This document shows, in pieces, positions 19,342-27,206 of a DNA stretch of 43,361 nucleotides. Positions within the stretch are counted from its first letter, which is position 1; each line of letters begins with the position of its first letter. Source of the DNA: a virus. Its lineage: Duplodnaviria; Caudoviricetes. The stretch spans positions 1 to 43,361 of IMG/VR virus record IMGVR_UViG_3300024249_000014. One strand, written 5' to 3'. The position numbers were made by a program, and so were the translations under genes. A model generated the notes under the pieces. The model was not told the DNA's origin and did no database searches. It was given only the letters and a program-made list of their open reading frames with translations.

Positions 19342-21299
19342 TGCCCTACGATCCTTCTGGTAACTTCTCTCGCGTCCACAACTGGAAAGAGGACCGCGAC
19401 AACGGTATTCGTATTCTCGCCGATCGGCATGATGAAGAGGATGATAATTTTTCCAATGCCTTCAACGTGGCGTTTATGCGTAATGGTATTGTGCCGATGA
19501 CAGGTAGTCTTAATATGGGGTCAAACGGTATCAATGCCATTAAAGCTGGTACGGAGCCGTTGCCGTCGCTAACGTGGGAACTTAGTAATGCTACGGGAAT
19601 CTATCAGGTCAACAATACGGCATTAGGGTTTTCTGCAAACGGGGTCAAGAAACTAGAGGTTAATCCAACAGGTGTAAATATAACGGGTAATCTAGCGGTA
19701 AGTGGTTCTCTTACTGTCCCCGGTAGTATCGCGACAGGTCCACTTACGGTGAACGGTATTGTCGCGGCAAAGGCGAGCGCGGCTGACGGTGTTGCGTTCG
19801 ATGCGGTGGATAGTGCGGGTGATCCGCATAAGATCGTATATCGTTTCGTTAACAATGAGTACACTGTAGCATACGGATATGTAGGGTATAGCAATAGCGT
19901 TACGCTTACATTGTATAATAGCTTAGGTGACATAAACATACAGCCTACAGGGACGCTTACTCTTACGGGTGTGGTTTCAGTTACAAGTAATCTCTCAGTT
20001 GCGGGTGTGTTGACTGTATCAGGAGGGGGAGCTTCAAGTTTTGCCGGGGGCGTAACGGTTCCGTATCTGCACTCTACTGGTGCTCTTGACGTAGACGGAG
20101 GGCTGCGAGCAGGATCGTTGACGATTGATCCGCAGTACTATCTGTCCATTAGTGGCGGTAATCCCATATTGGCGTTTGATTCAAACGATTATATGTATTA
20201 CAATCGTGCGAATAATACGCTTAATATGACCATTGCGGGTGGTAATGCATTCTACGCTGATAGCGGATTGAGTTTCCATGTAGGCGGTACAAATCTTTGG
20301 GTTAGCGCCGATAGACTACTTATGCAGCATGATGGCACAACGGGCTTTATCCGTACGCAGACTGGCAGGCTATGGCTTGGGGCCAATGGCAGTAATAACG
20401 TATTCATAGAAACAGATGGTCAGCTAGTAAATCAATCTAACTCCATTAAAGCTAATGGTACTATTCAGTCAGGGCTGGGCGGTGGTAGTGGATACTCGCT
20501 CATTAACCCCGGTGACAGCACTCATACGGGATACCTCCGTTGGCTTATGCCAGATGGATCGAGCCTAGGTTATCTAGGGTATGGCAGTAATGCCGATAAC
20601 GTAATAAACTATACGAATGAGAAAGGTGGTAATCATTGGTTCCATGGTGGTTTTATCCTGAATGACAGTGAGTACCGAGGCGGTGCGGTTCGCCCATTCG
20701 CGGGTACTGGTGACGGTATCGCTGTGGATTGTCGTGATGTATCCGGTAATACGCATAACAACAATATACGATTTGTTGATAACGGCATATCTACAGAGTA
20801 CGGGCGCTTAGGGTATCAAGGCGATACTACGTTACATTTGACCAATGGCTTGGGCGATCTTACTATTCAGGCTGCGACGTGGATAAATTCAATCGCTAAT
20901 ATCCGGTTCTACAATGATATGTTTCAGCCTAACTGTCCTTTATCGGCAGCGGGGGGTAATGCTATCTACGCCTCTGGCAATAACAATCAGCGCCTTCGCA
21001 GTACGAGCGCACGCCGCTACAAGACGAACATTAATGATATAGGTGATGAAGTATCCATTCTCAGCAGGCTGCGGCCTGTTCGCTACAATTCACTATGCGA
21101 AGCCGATGATCCTGACAGGGTGTTCTACGGTCTGATAGCGGAAGAGGTTGAGGAACTGGACGCTAACTTTGTTGAGTATGGCGCGAATAAGCGGCCCGAA
21201 GGCTTGAACTATCAGGCGTTTATCCCGTTGCTCATTAAAGAGGTACAAGCTTTGCGTGCAGAGGTCGAGTACCTTAAAGGCTATGGTAGGAGTACGTGA
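19341..21299 (+). CDS. tail fibre 2 with C-terminal S74 intramolecular chaperone
   Basis: N-terminus paralogous to fibre 1; SARRYKTNI..LRPVRY..GLIAEEV C-terminus. Confidence 0.85.
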   Translation: MPYDPSGNFSRVHNWKEDRDNGIRILADRHDEEDDNFSNAFNVAFMRNGIVPMTGSLNMGSNGINAIKAGTEPLPSLTWELSNATGIYQVNNTALGFSANGVKKLEVNPTGVNITGNLAVSGSLTVPGSIATGPLTVNGIVAAKASAADGVAFDAVDSAGDPHKIVYRFVNNEYTVAYGYVGYSNSVTLTLYNSLGDINIQPTGTLTLTGVVSVTSNLSVAGVLTVSGGGASSFAGGVTVPYLHSTGALDVDGGLRAGSLTIDPQYYLSISGGNPILAFDSNDYMYYNRANNTLNMTIAGGNAFYADSGLSFHVGGTNLWVSADRLLMQHDGTTGFIRTQTGRLWLGANGSNNVFIETDGQLVNQSNSIKANGTIQSGLGGGSGYSLINPGDSTHTGYLRWLMPDGSSLGYLGYGSNADNVINYTNEKGGNHWFHGGFILNDSEYRGGAVRPFAGTGDGIAVDCRDVSGNTHNNNIRFVDNGISTEYGRLGYQGDTTLHLTNGLGDLTIQAATWINSIANIRFYNDMFQPNCPLSAAGGNAIYASGNNNQRLRSTSARRYKTNINDIGDEVSILSRLRPVRYNSLCEADDPDRVFYGLIAEEVEELDANFVEYGANKRPEGLNYQAFIPLLIKEVQALRAEVEYLKGYGRST

Positions 21300-21300
21300 C

Positions 21301-21780
21301 ATGGCGTTTGCAGTAGACGCTACCAAGCCTCTCTATGGGCAATGGCGGTTTGGCTATGATACAAACCAAGCCACCATGAAGCTTTTTACTCCGGGAGTTC
21401 CAGTGACGTTTGTTACGTTGCTGGATAGAAGTATTAATGCTAGTGTAGTAAATCCTGCTACTGTGTCGTGCTTGTATCAGCTAAATATGAATGGCAAGGT
21501 GCAGAGCAATATCAATACGGTGCTGTCAGACCTTAGTAACTGGATATCGGATGCGTCCAATATCGGGTTATTCGAGGCGATGGTAACGCAAGTCTCCGGG
21601 GCAGCACTGACAGGCTCCCCGCTCGGGGCTTGGACTTCGCTTGCTGCGACACTGGCATGGGGGCTGAGCCGGACAACGGTAGGCGTGTCTAGCGCCTTGT
21701 TCCATATCCAAATCCGGCGTATTGGCACGACAGACATTCTCGCCAAAGCGGATATAACGGTATCAGCTACAATCACTTAG
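21301..21780 (+). CDS. putative tail-tip / fibre-associated protein
   Basis: ATG at 21301 after AGGAG; beta-rich; last gene of the structural arm. Confidence 0.6.
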   Translation: MAFAVDATKPLYGQWRFGYDTNQATMKLFTPGVPVTFVTLLDRSINASVVNPATVSCLYQLNMNGKVQSNINTVLSDLSNWISDASNIGLFEAMVTQVSGAALTGSPLGAWTSLAATLAWGLSRTTVGVSSALFHIQIRRIGTTDILAKADITVSATIT

Positions 21781-22137
21781 ACTATCATTAATAGCAGACA
21801 AATACCGGATTTCCTCGTCTGACCTAAGCGGCCAGTTTTTCTTGCCATAGTGTTTGATACGCTGATAGACCCAAAACTCATGCAGCATGATTTCTATGTT
21901 GCCAAGCGGGATCACGCCAAATCCCCATTTCATAAACTTATGCTGTAGGAGCTTTAATGGCTCATCCACGTTTCTGTTCGGTATAACCTGACCGGCAGCA
22001 TAAAGATGAGTGCGTATGTTTCCGGGGTTTCGTTCTTTGGTGAGAAGGTCATAGTTCCGGTATATCATATCGTTTTTACCGGATAACCGCATGATCGCGA
22101 ATTTCTCGAACCGGGCTGCGCTGTTAGAGTCTGCCAT
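21763..22137 (-). CDS. hypothetical protein
   Basis: Open frame converging on the structural arm; first ATG at 22137; weak RBS. Confidence 0.55.
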   Translation of the reverse strand: MADSNSAARFEKFAIMRLSGKNDMIYRNYDLLTKERNPGNIRTHLYAAGQVIPNRNVDEPLKLLQHKFMKWGFGVIPLGNIEIMLHEFWVYQRIKHYGKKNWPLRSDEEIRYLSAINDSLSDCS

Positions 22138-22144
22138 AATACTC

Positions 22145-22184
22145 AAAAAGATGGGGACGTTGGATTTCCCTACAACGTCCCCAT
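22145..22184 (-). terminator. intrinsic terminator
   Basis: 12-bp stem ATGGGGACGTTG/CAACGTCCCCAT followed on the - strand by CTTTTT, just after the stop of 22192..22761. Confidence 0.75.
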
Positions 22185-22191
22185 TAAAGGC

Positions 22192-22761
22192 TCAACCGCC
22201 CGTTGATGCTTTGACCATCCACATTTGCGCGGTTTCAAGGAATAGCATGGCGATGGCTTGTGCCCGCTGATTGGGTGGATTTGGCAGGGGATAGCCTACC
22301 TGTGGCGGAGCGCCGCCCCAAATGCCCAAGGGTGGCGGCAAGCCTTGATCCGGTCGCGGCGGCGCAACTCCGCCCCAAAAACCGGGAGGCGGTCCAACTG
22401 GACCCCATGACGGGTAATAGGGCGGATAGGGCAATCCCTGACTAGGGTAGTTGGGCGCACCGCCCCAAATCCCCGGAGGCGCACCGGGTAGTCCTTGGTC
22501 TGGATGGCCGGGGTTAGGCCAGATACCAGTCTGCGGCGGTAGTCCTTGGTCTGGATGACCGGGCGAGGGCCACACACCGGGAGGCGGCTGCGGCAGATCG
22601 TGTCCCGGTCCCGGCTGTGGTCCCGGTAGTCCCTGATCAGGGTGCGGCTGCGCACCGGGCAAGCCTTGATCGGGCCGGGGTGTGGACTGGATAGGCTCAC
22701 CGGGCTTGGTCATGGGGGGTTCCCCTCCAATGGGCTGCGGCGGGGGTGTAGGGGCTGGCAT
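22192..22761 (-). CDS. Pro/Gly-rich repeat protein with a C-terminal helix
   Basis: Repeats PDQGLP and G[IFV]W[GP]; GAGGA RBS; own downstream terminator. Confidence 0.75.
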   Translation of the reverse strand: MPAPTPPPQPIGGEPPMTKPGEPIQSTPRPDQGLPGAQPHPDQGLPGPQPGPGHDLPQPPPGVWPSPGHPDQGLPPQTGIWPNPGHPDQGLPGAPPGIWGGAPNYPSQGLPYPPYYPSWGPVGPPPGFWGGVAPPRPDQGLPPPLGIWGGAPPQVGYPLPNPPNQRAQAIAMLFLETAQMWMVKASTGG

Positions 22762-22857
22762 GGTTAATCCTCTCGATTGGACCCCGGAGGATGATTCGGT
22801 TTGCTATACCGCCAATGTGACGCCGTGGCGACCGAACCGCGACAGGTCGATTTTAAG

Positions 22858-22928
22858 GCCCTAGGAGCGCTTTAATGACCCGAGGGCTATCAGGGTAGCG
22901 GGCGGGTCCGTCTTGACGCTCCTAGGGC
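22858..22928. other. long nested inverted repeat
   Basis: GCCCTAGGAGCG/CGCTCCTAGGGC (12 bp) enclosing GACCCG/CGGGTC and GCTA/TAGC. Confidence 0.6.
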
Positions 22929-22970
22929 GGTTTCCGCCGAAAATTTCGGGCAGTCGGAGTTTCTAGCAAC

Positions 22971-23195
22971 CTAATCCGTGAGGTCCAAGCGCCGTTCGAT
23001 CCGGTCTACGCGGTCGGACAAAGAGGCGAGGTCTATCAAATGTCTGTTATCAGATTGCAGTAGTCCAGCTAAATGATGTTTTACAGCTACAATCTCATTG
23101 AGTATAAGGCCAAAGTTATGATCGTGTTGAGACAGTTTCGCTTGAATGGTCTTTAGGGTTTCAAGCAAAAGCTCGTTTGTTACGTTGTCTGTCAT
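22971..23195 (-). CDS. small coiled-coil protein
   Basis: VTNELLLETLK..RVDRIERRLDL, a type I associate with Alphaproteobacteria. Confidence 0.75.
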   Translation of the reverse strand: MTDNVTNELLLETLKTIQAKLSQHDHNFGLILNEIVAVKHHLAGLLQSDNRHLIDLASLSDRVDRIERRLDLTD

Positions 23196-23440
23196 TTTAG
23201 TACAATCTTCTTTCCGAGGAATGCAGCAGCCATTTGCAGACTTACACCTGTAGGCCGTTTTGTTTTATGCTTTTGCCAATTATAGATTGTGGTTGTGGAT
23301 AAGCCGCTCTCATTGGCTTTCTGCCATACCGAGCGATTGTCCCTATCCATTAAGCGCATAAGCTCCACATGGATGGGATCGGTTTCCGGGCGTTCGGGTC
23401 GGTGCGGCGACCACATGCGAACATATTTCTTTTTAGCCAT
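23192..23440 (-). CDS. XRE/Cro-like helix-turn-helix protein
   Basis: SVWQKANESGLSTTTIYNW..RPTGVSLQMAAAFLG. Confidence 0.75.
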   Translation of the reverse strand: MAKKKYVRMWSPHRPERPETDPIHVELMRLMDRDNRSVWQKANESGLSTTTIYNWQKHKTKRPTGVSLQMAAAFLGKKIVLK

Positions 23441-23955
23441 CAGAGCGTTCCCCCAACTGTCATTAATAGCTTATTTAGAATGTCGCACTGGTGCTGTAGC
23501 CATTCGTTTTGGTCCTCAAGTTCTTTGACGCGGAGCATTAATGAGGATTCGGTTTCGGATGTGTAGGGGACCAATTGCTTGTCGTTTGTCTGCGCCCACT
23601 GCATTGGGTCGATTGTGTCCGTATTGGCCGCAGCACGTTTGAGCCGTTGGCGTTCGGCGTCTCGCGCCTTGGCTTCTGGACTGAGGGGCTTTTTAGGCGG
23701 CTTTTTCGTCCTGCCATATGCCGCGCGTTTGCCTTCAATAACATCAACAAGTAGTTGTGCTTTCTGGTGTGTCGAATTGCCATTGTATTTCTCAAGTCCG
23801 TTTAAGAACTTGTAGGCAGTATAGTAAACATCAAGTTGTGATCCAACAATACCGACACTGGCGGCAAATTCGTCTCTCTTTAATGGGCTTTCATGGAATG
23901 CTTTACCCCATGCAATCTTCTGTTTGGGGTCGATGATGCGTCGTGTATTAGCCAT
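23440..23955 (-). CDS. putative DNA-binding protein (HTH-like N-terminus, coiled-coil C-terminus)
   Basis: KRDEFAASVGIVGSQL segment, basic linker, RVKELEDQNEWL heptads. Confidence 0.6.
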   Translation of the reverse strand: MANTRRIIDPKQKIAWGKAFHESPLKRDEFAASVGIVGSQLDVYYTAYKFLNGLEKYNGNSTHQKAQLLVDVIEGKRAAYGRTKKPPKKPLSPEAKARDAERQRLKRAAANTDTIDPMQWAQTNDKQLVPYTSETESSLMLRVKELEDQNEWLQHQCDILNKLLMTVGGTL

Positions 23956-23970
23956 TTTTAGGTTCCCCGT

Positions 23971-25587
23971 TTAAAATACAGCTTCTAAATCTGTTCTATC
24001 TTCGATGGAAAGTCCGCGCTCGGCTTGGTACTTGCGCAGCGCGGAGCGAAATCGTGTCTGTGTGTCCCCCCGTTCCAAATACGTTTTCAGCATCAAATCA
24101 TCCACGGTCCTATCCGCGACAATGTGATGTATCCCTACAATGTTTTTCTGTCCTGATCTAGCTAGCCGTGCATTGGTTTGCATGTAGCGCTCCAATGACC
24201 AAATCTGACTGTACCATATGATATGGTGTCCGCCATGTTGGGCATTAATACCATGCCCCGCTGATTGCGGGTGCAGAAGCATGATTGGCAGCGCTCCGTC
24301 GTTCCAGAGGGCCAGCATTCTTTCGCTGTTCTTCGCGGTGAGAACGCCATATTGCAGCTTGGCGGCTTGAAGCGCACGGACGATCCGCTCCCGGTCAGCC
24401 TTGAAGTGGAAAGTCACAACCACGTTGCTGTCGATTGTCTCGATAAGCTCAATCAGCTTTTGCAGCTTGAAGTCGTGGATCGTTTCGGTAAGCTGGTTTC
24501 CCCGGTCATCGTCGCGGTAAATGAACCCGTTTGCCATTTGGTGACAGAGCATGGATTTGGCTCCGCCGTGCGAGGCCATGACAAAATCCTTGTCTAGCTC
24601 TATTAATGCTTCTTTCTCCATGCGGTCATAGAGCATACGCGCCTCATGGGGCAGGTGGATAAGGTGCAAGTGTGTTGGCGGTATTGGGCCTTTAGAGGCG
24701 TCCCCGATAGTTTGCGGCAGAATATTATAGTCCTCACCGTTTAGCTCCACTGTGCAATCCGCGATCATTTCATGGATTTTAGACGGCGCTCCGTCCTTCG
24801 GCATCCATTCGGGCCGAATGTCCAGTTCGTCTTTGTTGATTTCGTATTTAAAGGTATGATCGGCTACCTGTGCCGTCTTATGAAAAAACCGATCACGGTA
24901 TTGCTCATATGAACGATGCAAGCGTCTGCCATGATCGACAAGATACATCGGTGCCCACATATTGAGAAGGCTTGTAGGGGCAGGGGTGCCGGTCATAATC
25001 ACGACACGCTTGAACTTGTGTGGACCTACTTTAATGGGTCTACCGTGGTCGTCGCGTTTGGAACGCCCGTCATCACCTTTAATAGTATGCCTATCACCGT
25101 AGTTGGATAGGATTTTAAACCTCTTGGCGCGCGGGCTTTTGAACATGCTGGACTCATCCACAACCAGCATATCGAACCGATCCCACGAACCATGAAGCTC
25201 GGTGAAAAGCCAGTCTAGTAATTCCGGATTGACAAGATAGATATGAGCAGGGCGGTATAGCTGCAACCGGCGCATATCGACATTGCCGCGTAGCAGGCTG
25301 AAACGCAGCCAGCGAGTCGTGTTCCAGCTTGCCGCCTCTTGCCGCCAAACCGTGTTGCAGACGGCAATGGGCGCGACCACCAGCACGGGCTTGTTTAGTA
25401 CGCGCCAGTTGATAAGCTCAGCGATTGCCTGTAACACGATGATAGTCTTGCCTAGCCCCATGTCGAGGATCACGGCTGTACCGTCTTTATCCTGTTTTGA
25501 GTGTGTGCCTGTGAAAATCTTATGCGAAGCCCTAAGCTGATAAGGACGCATGGGCTTGCCGTCTGCTAAGCGGTACGGGATTGTCAT
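23971..25587 (-). CDS. SNF2-family helicase
   Basis: LDMGLGKT, VVDESS, MTGTP, SAGHGIN, QTNARLARSGQ motifs. Confidence 0.92.
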   Translation of the reverse strand: MTIPYRLADGKPMRPYQLRASHKIFTGTHSKQDKDGTAVILDMGLGKTIIVLQAIAELINWRVLNKPVLVVAPIAVCNTVWRQEAASWNTTRWLRFSLLRGNVDMRRLQLYRPAHIYLVNPELLDWLFTELHGSWDRFDMLVVDESSMFKSPRAKRFKILSNYGDRHTIKGDDGRSKRDDHGRPIKVGPHKFKRVVIMTGTPAPTSLLNMWAPMYLVDHGRRLHRSYEQYRDRFFHKTAQVADHTFKYEINKDELDIRPEWMPKDGAPSKIHEMIADCTVELNGEDYNILPQTIGDASKGPIPPTHLHLIHLPHEARMLYDRMEKEALIELDKDFVMASHGGAKSMLCHQMANGFIYRDDDRGNQLTETIHDFKLQKLIELIETIDSNVVVTFHFKADRERIVRALQAAKLQYGVLTAKNSERMLALWNDGALPIMLLHPQSAGHGINAQHGGHHIIWYSQIWSLERYMQTNARLARSGQKNIVGIHHIVADRTVDDLMLKTYLERGDTQTRFRSALRKYQAERGLSIEDRTDLEAVF

Positions 25588-25709
25588 TTAGACGGCTTCT
25601 TTCCCTTTTTATCAACACGTTTGCGGTTGCAAGTCGGGCACCCTTTGGGAGTATCCTTGTAGAGCTTGCCGCAAGCCATGCAGCGGATACGGGTGCCCGA
25701 CGTTTTCAT
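25584..25709 (-). CDS. small basic Zn-ribbon protein (41 aa, not in ORF track)
   Basis: MKTSGTRIRCMACGKLYKDTPKGCPTCNRKR..; ATGA overlaps on both sides. Confidence 0.7.
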   Translation of the reverse strand: MKTSGTRIRCMACGKLYKDTPKGCPTCNRKRVDKKGKKPSK

Positions 25710-25876
25710 TTGTAACGCTCATACATTTGCAAATAGAGTTTCGTGCTAAACGCTCCGCACGCACAATTAATAAAAACCCATACCCAATCACCTAGGAACG
25801 CGAATTTATAAGCAATAGCTAGGTTAACACCTATACAACCCAACATGATGAATTGGTATAAGCGCCAAGGGATCAT
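25706..25876 (-). CDS. small 2-TM membrane protein, paralog B (56 aa)
   Basis: MIPWRLYQF..NLAIAYKFAFLGDW..INCACGAFSTKLYL..YK; TAATG coupling. Confidence 0.75.
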   Translation of the reverse strand: MIPWRLYQFIMLGCIGVNLAIAYKFAFLGDWVWVFINCACGAFSTKLYLQMYERYK

Positions 25877-26049
25877 TATTTGTACTGCCTGCCTACTAAG
25901 TAAGTTTTTGTCACTAAAGCGCCAGAAAGACAATTAATAGCACACCCTATCCAGTTCCCTACAAAGGCGCTTTGTATAGCGACCAATAGGTTAAAAACCA
26001 TAACGACTAAACTGAATAGTCGGATAGTGCGCCAAGTCCAAACAGGCAT
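25876..26049 (-). CDS. small 2-TM membrane protein, paralog A (57 aa, not in ORF track)
   Basis: MPVWTWRTIR..NLLVAIQSAFVGNW..INCLSGALVTKTYL..YK; TAATG coupling. Confidence 0.75.
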   Translation of the reverse strand: MPVWTWRTIRLFSLVVMVFNLLVAIQSAFVGNWIGCAINCLSGALVTKTYLVGRQYK

Positions 26050-26309
26050 TACCGGAGCTTTTCAAATTCGCGGCGAGCGGTTCGCTCATCCAAGGGGTTA
26101 TTAATAGCAGGGAACATTACATCAGGGACCGTGCTTTTCGTCCACAGCGGTTCCCAATCCGTCACGATTTCGTCCCCCTCGGTCCAGCTTTTGATTTCTT
26201 TCCAGCAACCAACATGCCAGCCTTCATTCCAAAATAGCTCGAATAGGCGCTTTTTGCCGTCTTTATGCAATGTTTCAAAGCTATCCAAAATTCGTGTCGA
26301 AACGTCCAT
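26049..26309 (-). CDS. hypothetical protein (Trp-rich)
   Basis: AGGAG RBS; in operon. Confidence 0.7.
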   Translation of the reverse strand: MDVSTRILDSFETLHKDGKKRLFELFWNEGWHVGCWKEIKSWTEGDEIVTDWEPLWTKSTVPDVMFPAINNPLDERTARREFEKLR

Positions 26310-26619
26310 TTAAATTAGTCTCCTGCACCATATCTATTAATAGTATGCAGCGTTGTTCTAGCTCTGTCATGGTCGTGATCGGCTCTAGGACAACGCAACC
26401 CCTGTCTCTCCAATCCATGCCCCGTGCAACTTGCAATGGACGTAACTTCTTATTGTTCTTTAGCTCGACAAACATAGGCGGGCCGGGGGAATACTTGGGC
26501 CGTAGAATCATCCGATCCATAACCCCTGTATTACCCGGTGTATAGAGCTTAAAAACTTTAAACCCGTGTTCTTCTAGCCTATCCTTTAATGCCCTTTCTA
26601 TGTCAGACTCGTTTCTCAT
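26281..26619 (-). CDS. VRR-NUC domain nuclease
   Basis: ESDIE..PGNTGVMDR..FVELK..LRPLQ PD-(D/E)XK pattern; ATG at 26619 overlaps the upstream stop. Confidence 0.85.
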   Translation of the reverse strand: MRNESDIERALKDRLEEHGFKVFKLYTPGNTGVMDRMILRPKYSPGPPMFVELKNNKKLRPLQVARGMDWRDRGCVVLEPITTMTELEQRCILLIDMVQETNLNGRFDTNFG

Positions 26620-26747
26620 TTGTCCCATTCTCGCATACACTTCGGGCAATACGTGCGTATATGGCCGTTAAACATATGGGTACTGTAATCGCTACGGTGG
26701 AATAGCAAGCACCACAGAGAGGGGTACTTGTATATTAATAGCCTCAT
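26616..26747 (-). CDS. small Cys/His protein (43 aa, not in ORF track)
   Basis: MRLLIYKYPSLWCLLFHRSDYSTHMFNGHIRTYCPKCMREWDK*; ATGA overlaps on both sides. Confidence 0.65.
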   Translation of the reverse strand: MRLLIYKYPSLWCLLFHRSDYSTHMFNGHIRTYCPKCMREWDK

Positions 26748-27037
26748 TTCATCCGCCATATCACTAAACCCCACATAGACATTTCATCGCGAAGTGTCCG
26801 GTAGCGGTAATCGCCTTGTTGATTAATCTTATATAGATTGCGGCGATACATATTCATGCTGTTCTCGCTCGCGAATGTGATAATTTTCGTAGCGCTAATC
26901 GGCAGCATCCCATGGAGACGTTCAGGGTCGATATAACCCTTGTCCGCCGCAGGGGCTTTAATAGCATTGGTTTCGGTGGCACGCCGTACCGGGGTAGGGC
27001 GGCTCTTGTTCACAATCTTGAGCAGGCTTTTACGCAT
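26744..27037 (-). CDS. basic hypothetical protein
   Basis: AAGGA RBS; 97 aa, Arg/Lys-rich. Confidence 0.7.
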   Translation of the reverse strand: MRKSLLKIVNKSRPTPVRRATETNAIKAPAADKGYIDPERLHGMLPISATKIITFASENSMNMYRRNLYKINQQGDYRYRTLRDEMSMWGLVIWRMK

Positions 27038-27056
27038 CTAGGTTCCTTTCGCAGAA

Positions 27057-27206
27057 GATACCGGGAAAACTAATAGGGCTAGCAAAGTTTGGGGGGCAGC
27101 CTATTCAATTTTCCCGGTATCCAGTTTACAAGCGGTTTGAGTGCTCCGGGGTCTAACATCGGAAACCCGCTTGCTTTGTGTCGCGTCTTGGAGGGTTGTG
27201 CGACAC
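27057..27206. other. three consecutive hairpins downstream of the DNA polymerase gene
   Basis: GATACCGGGAAAA/TTTTCCCGGTATC (27057-27121), CAAGCGG/CCGCTTG (27129-27173), GTGTCGC/GCGACAC (27178-27206). Confidence 0.6.

Noticed and set aside
341-21776. Many - strand ORFs overlapping the structural genes (e.g. 341-817, 2089-2601, 17797-18375)
   Set aside because: Antisense shadows of well-supported genes, with no RBS or motifs; only 2817-2990 was kept
17782-21780. Diversity-generating retroelement or invertible tail-fibre cassette
   Set aside because: No reverse transcriptase, template/variable repeat pair or invertase; both fibres are co-oriented
22300-22700. Repeated DNA units as a possible CRISPR array
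   Set aside because: Degenerate codon-level repeats of a peptide motif; no constant repeat with unique spacers
23192-23440. HTH gene as a CI repressor / lysogeny switch
   Set aside because: Embedded mid-operon, with no divergent partner, no peptidase domain and no integrase
26616-26747. Apparent frameshift at the ATTAAT motif in this small gene
   Set aside because: On re-reading, the frame is intact (ATG AGG CTA TTA ATA TAC..)
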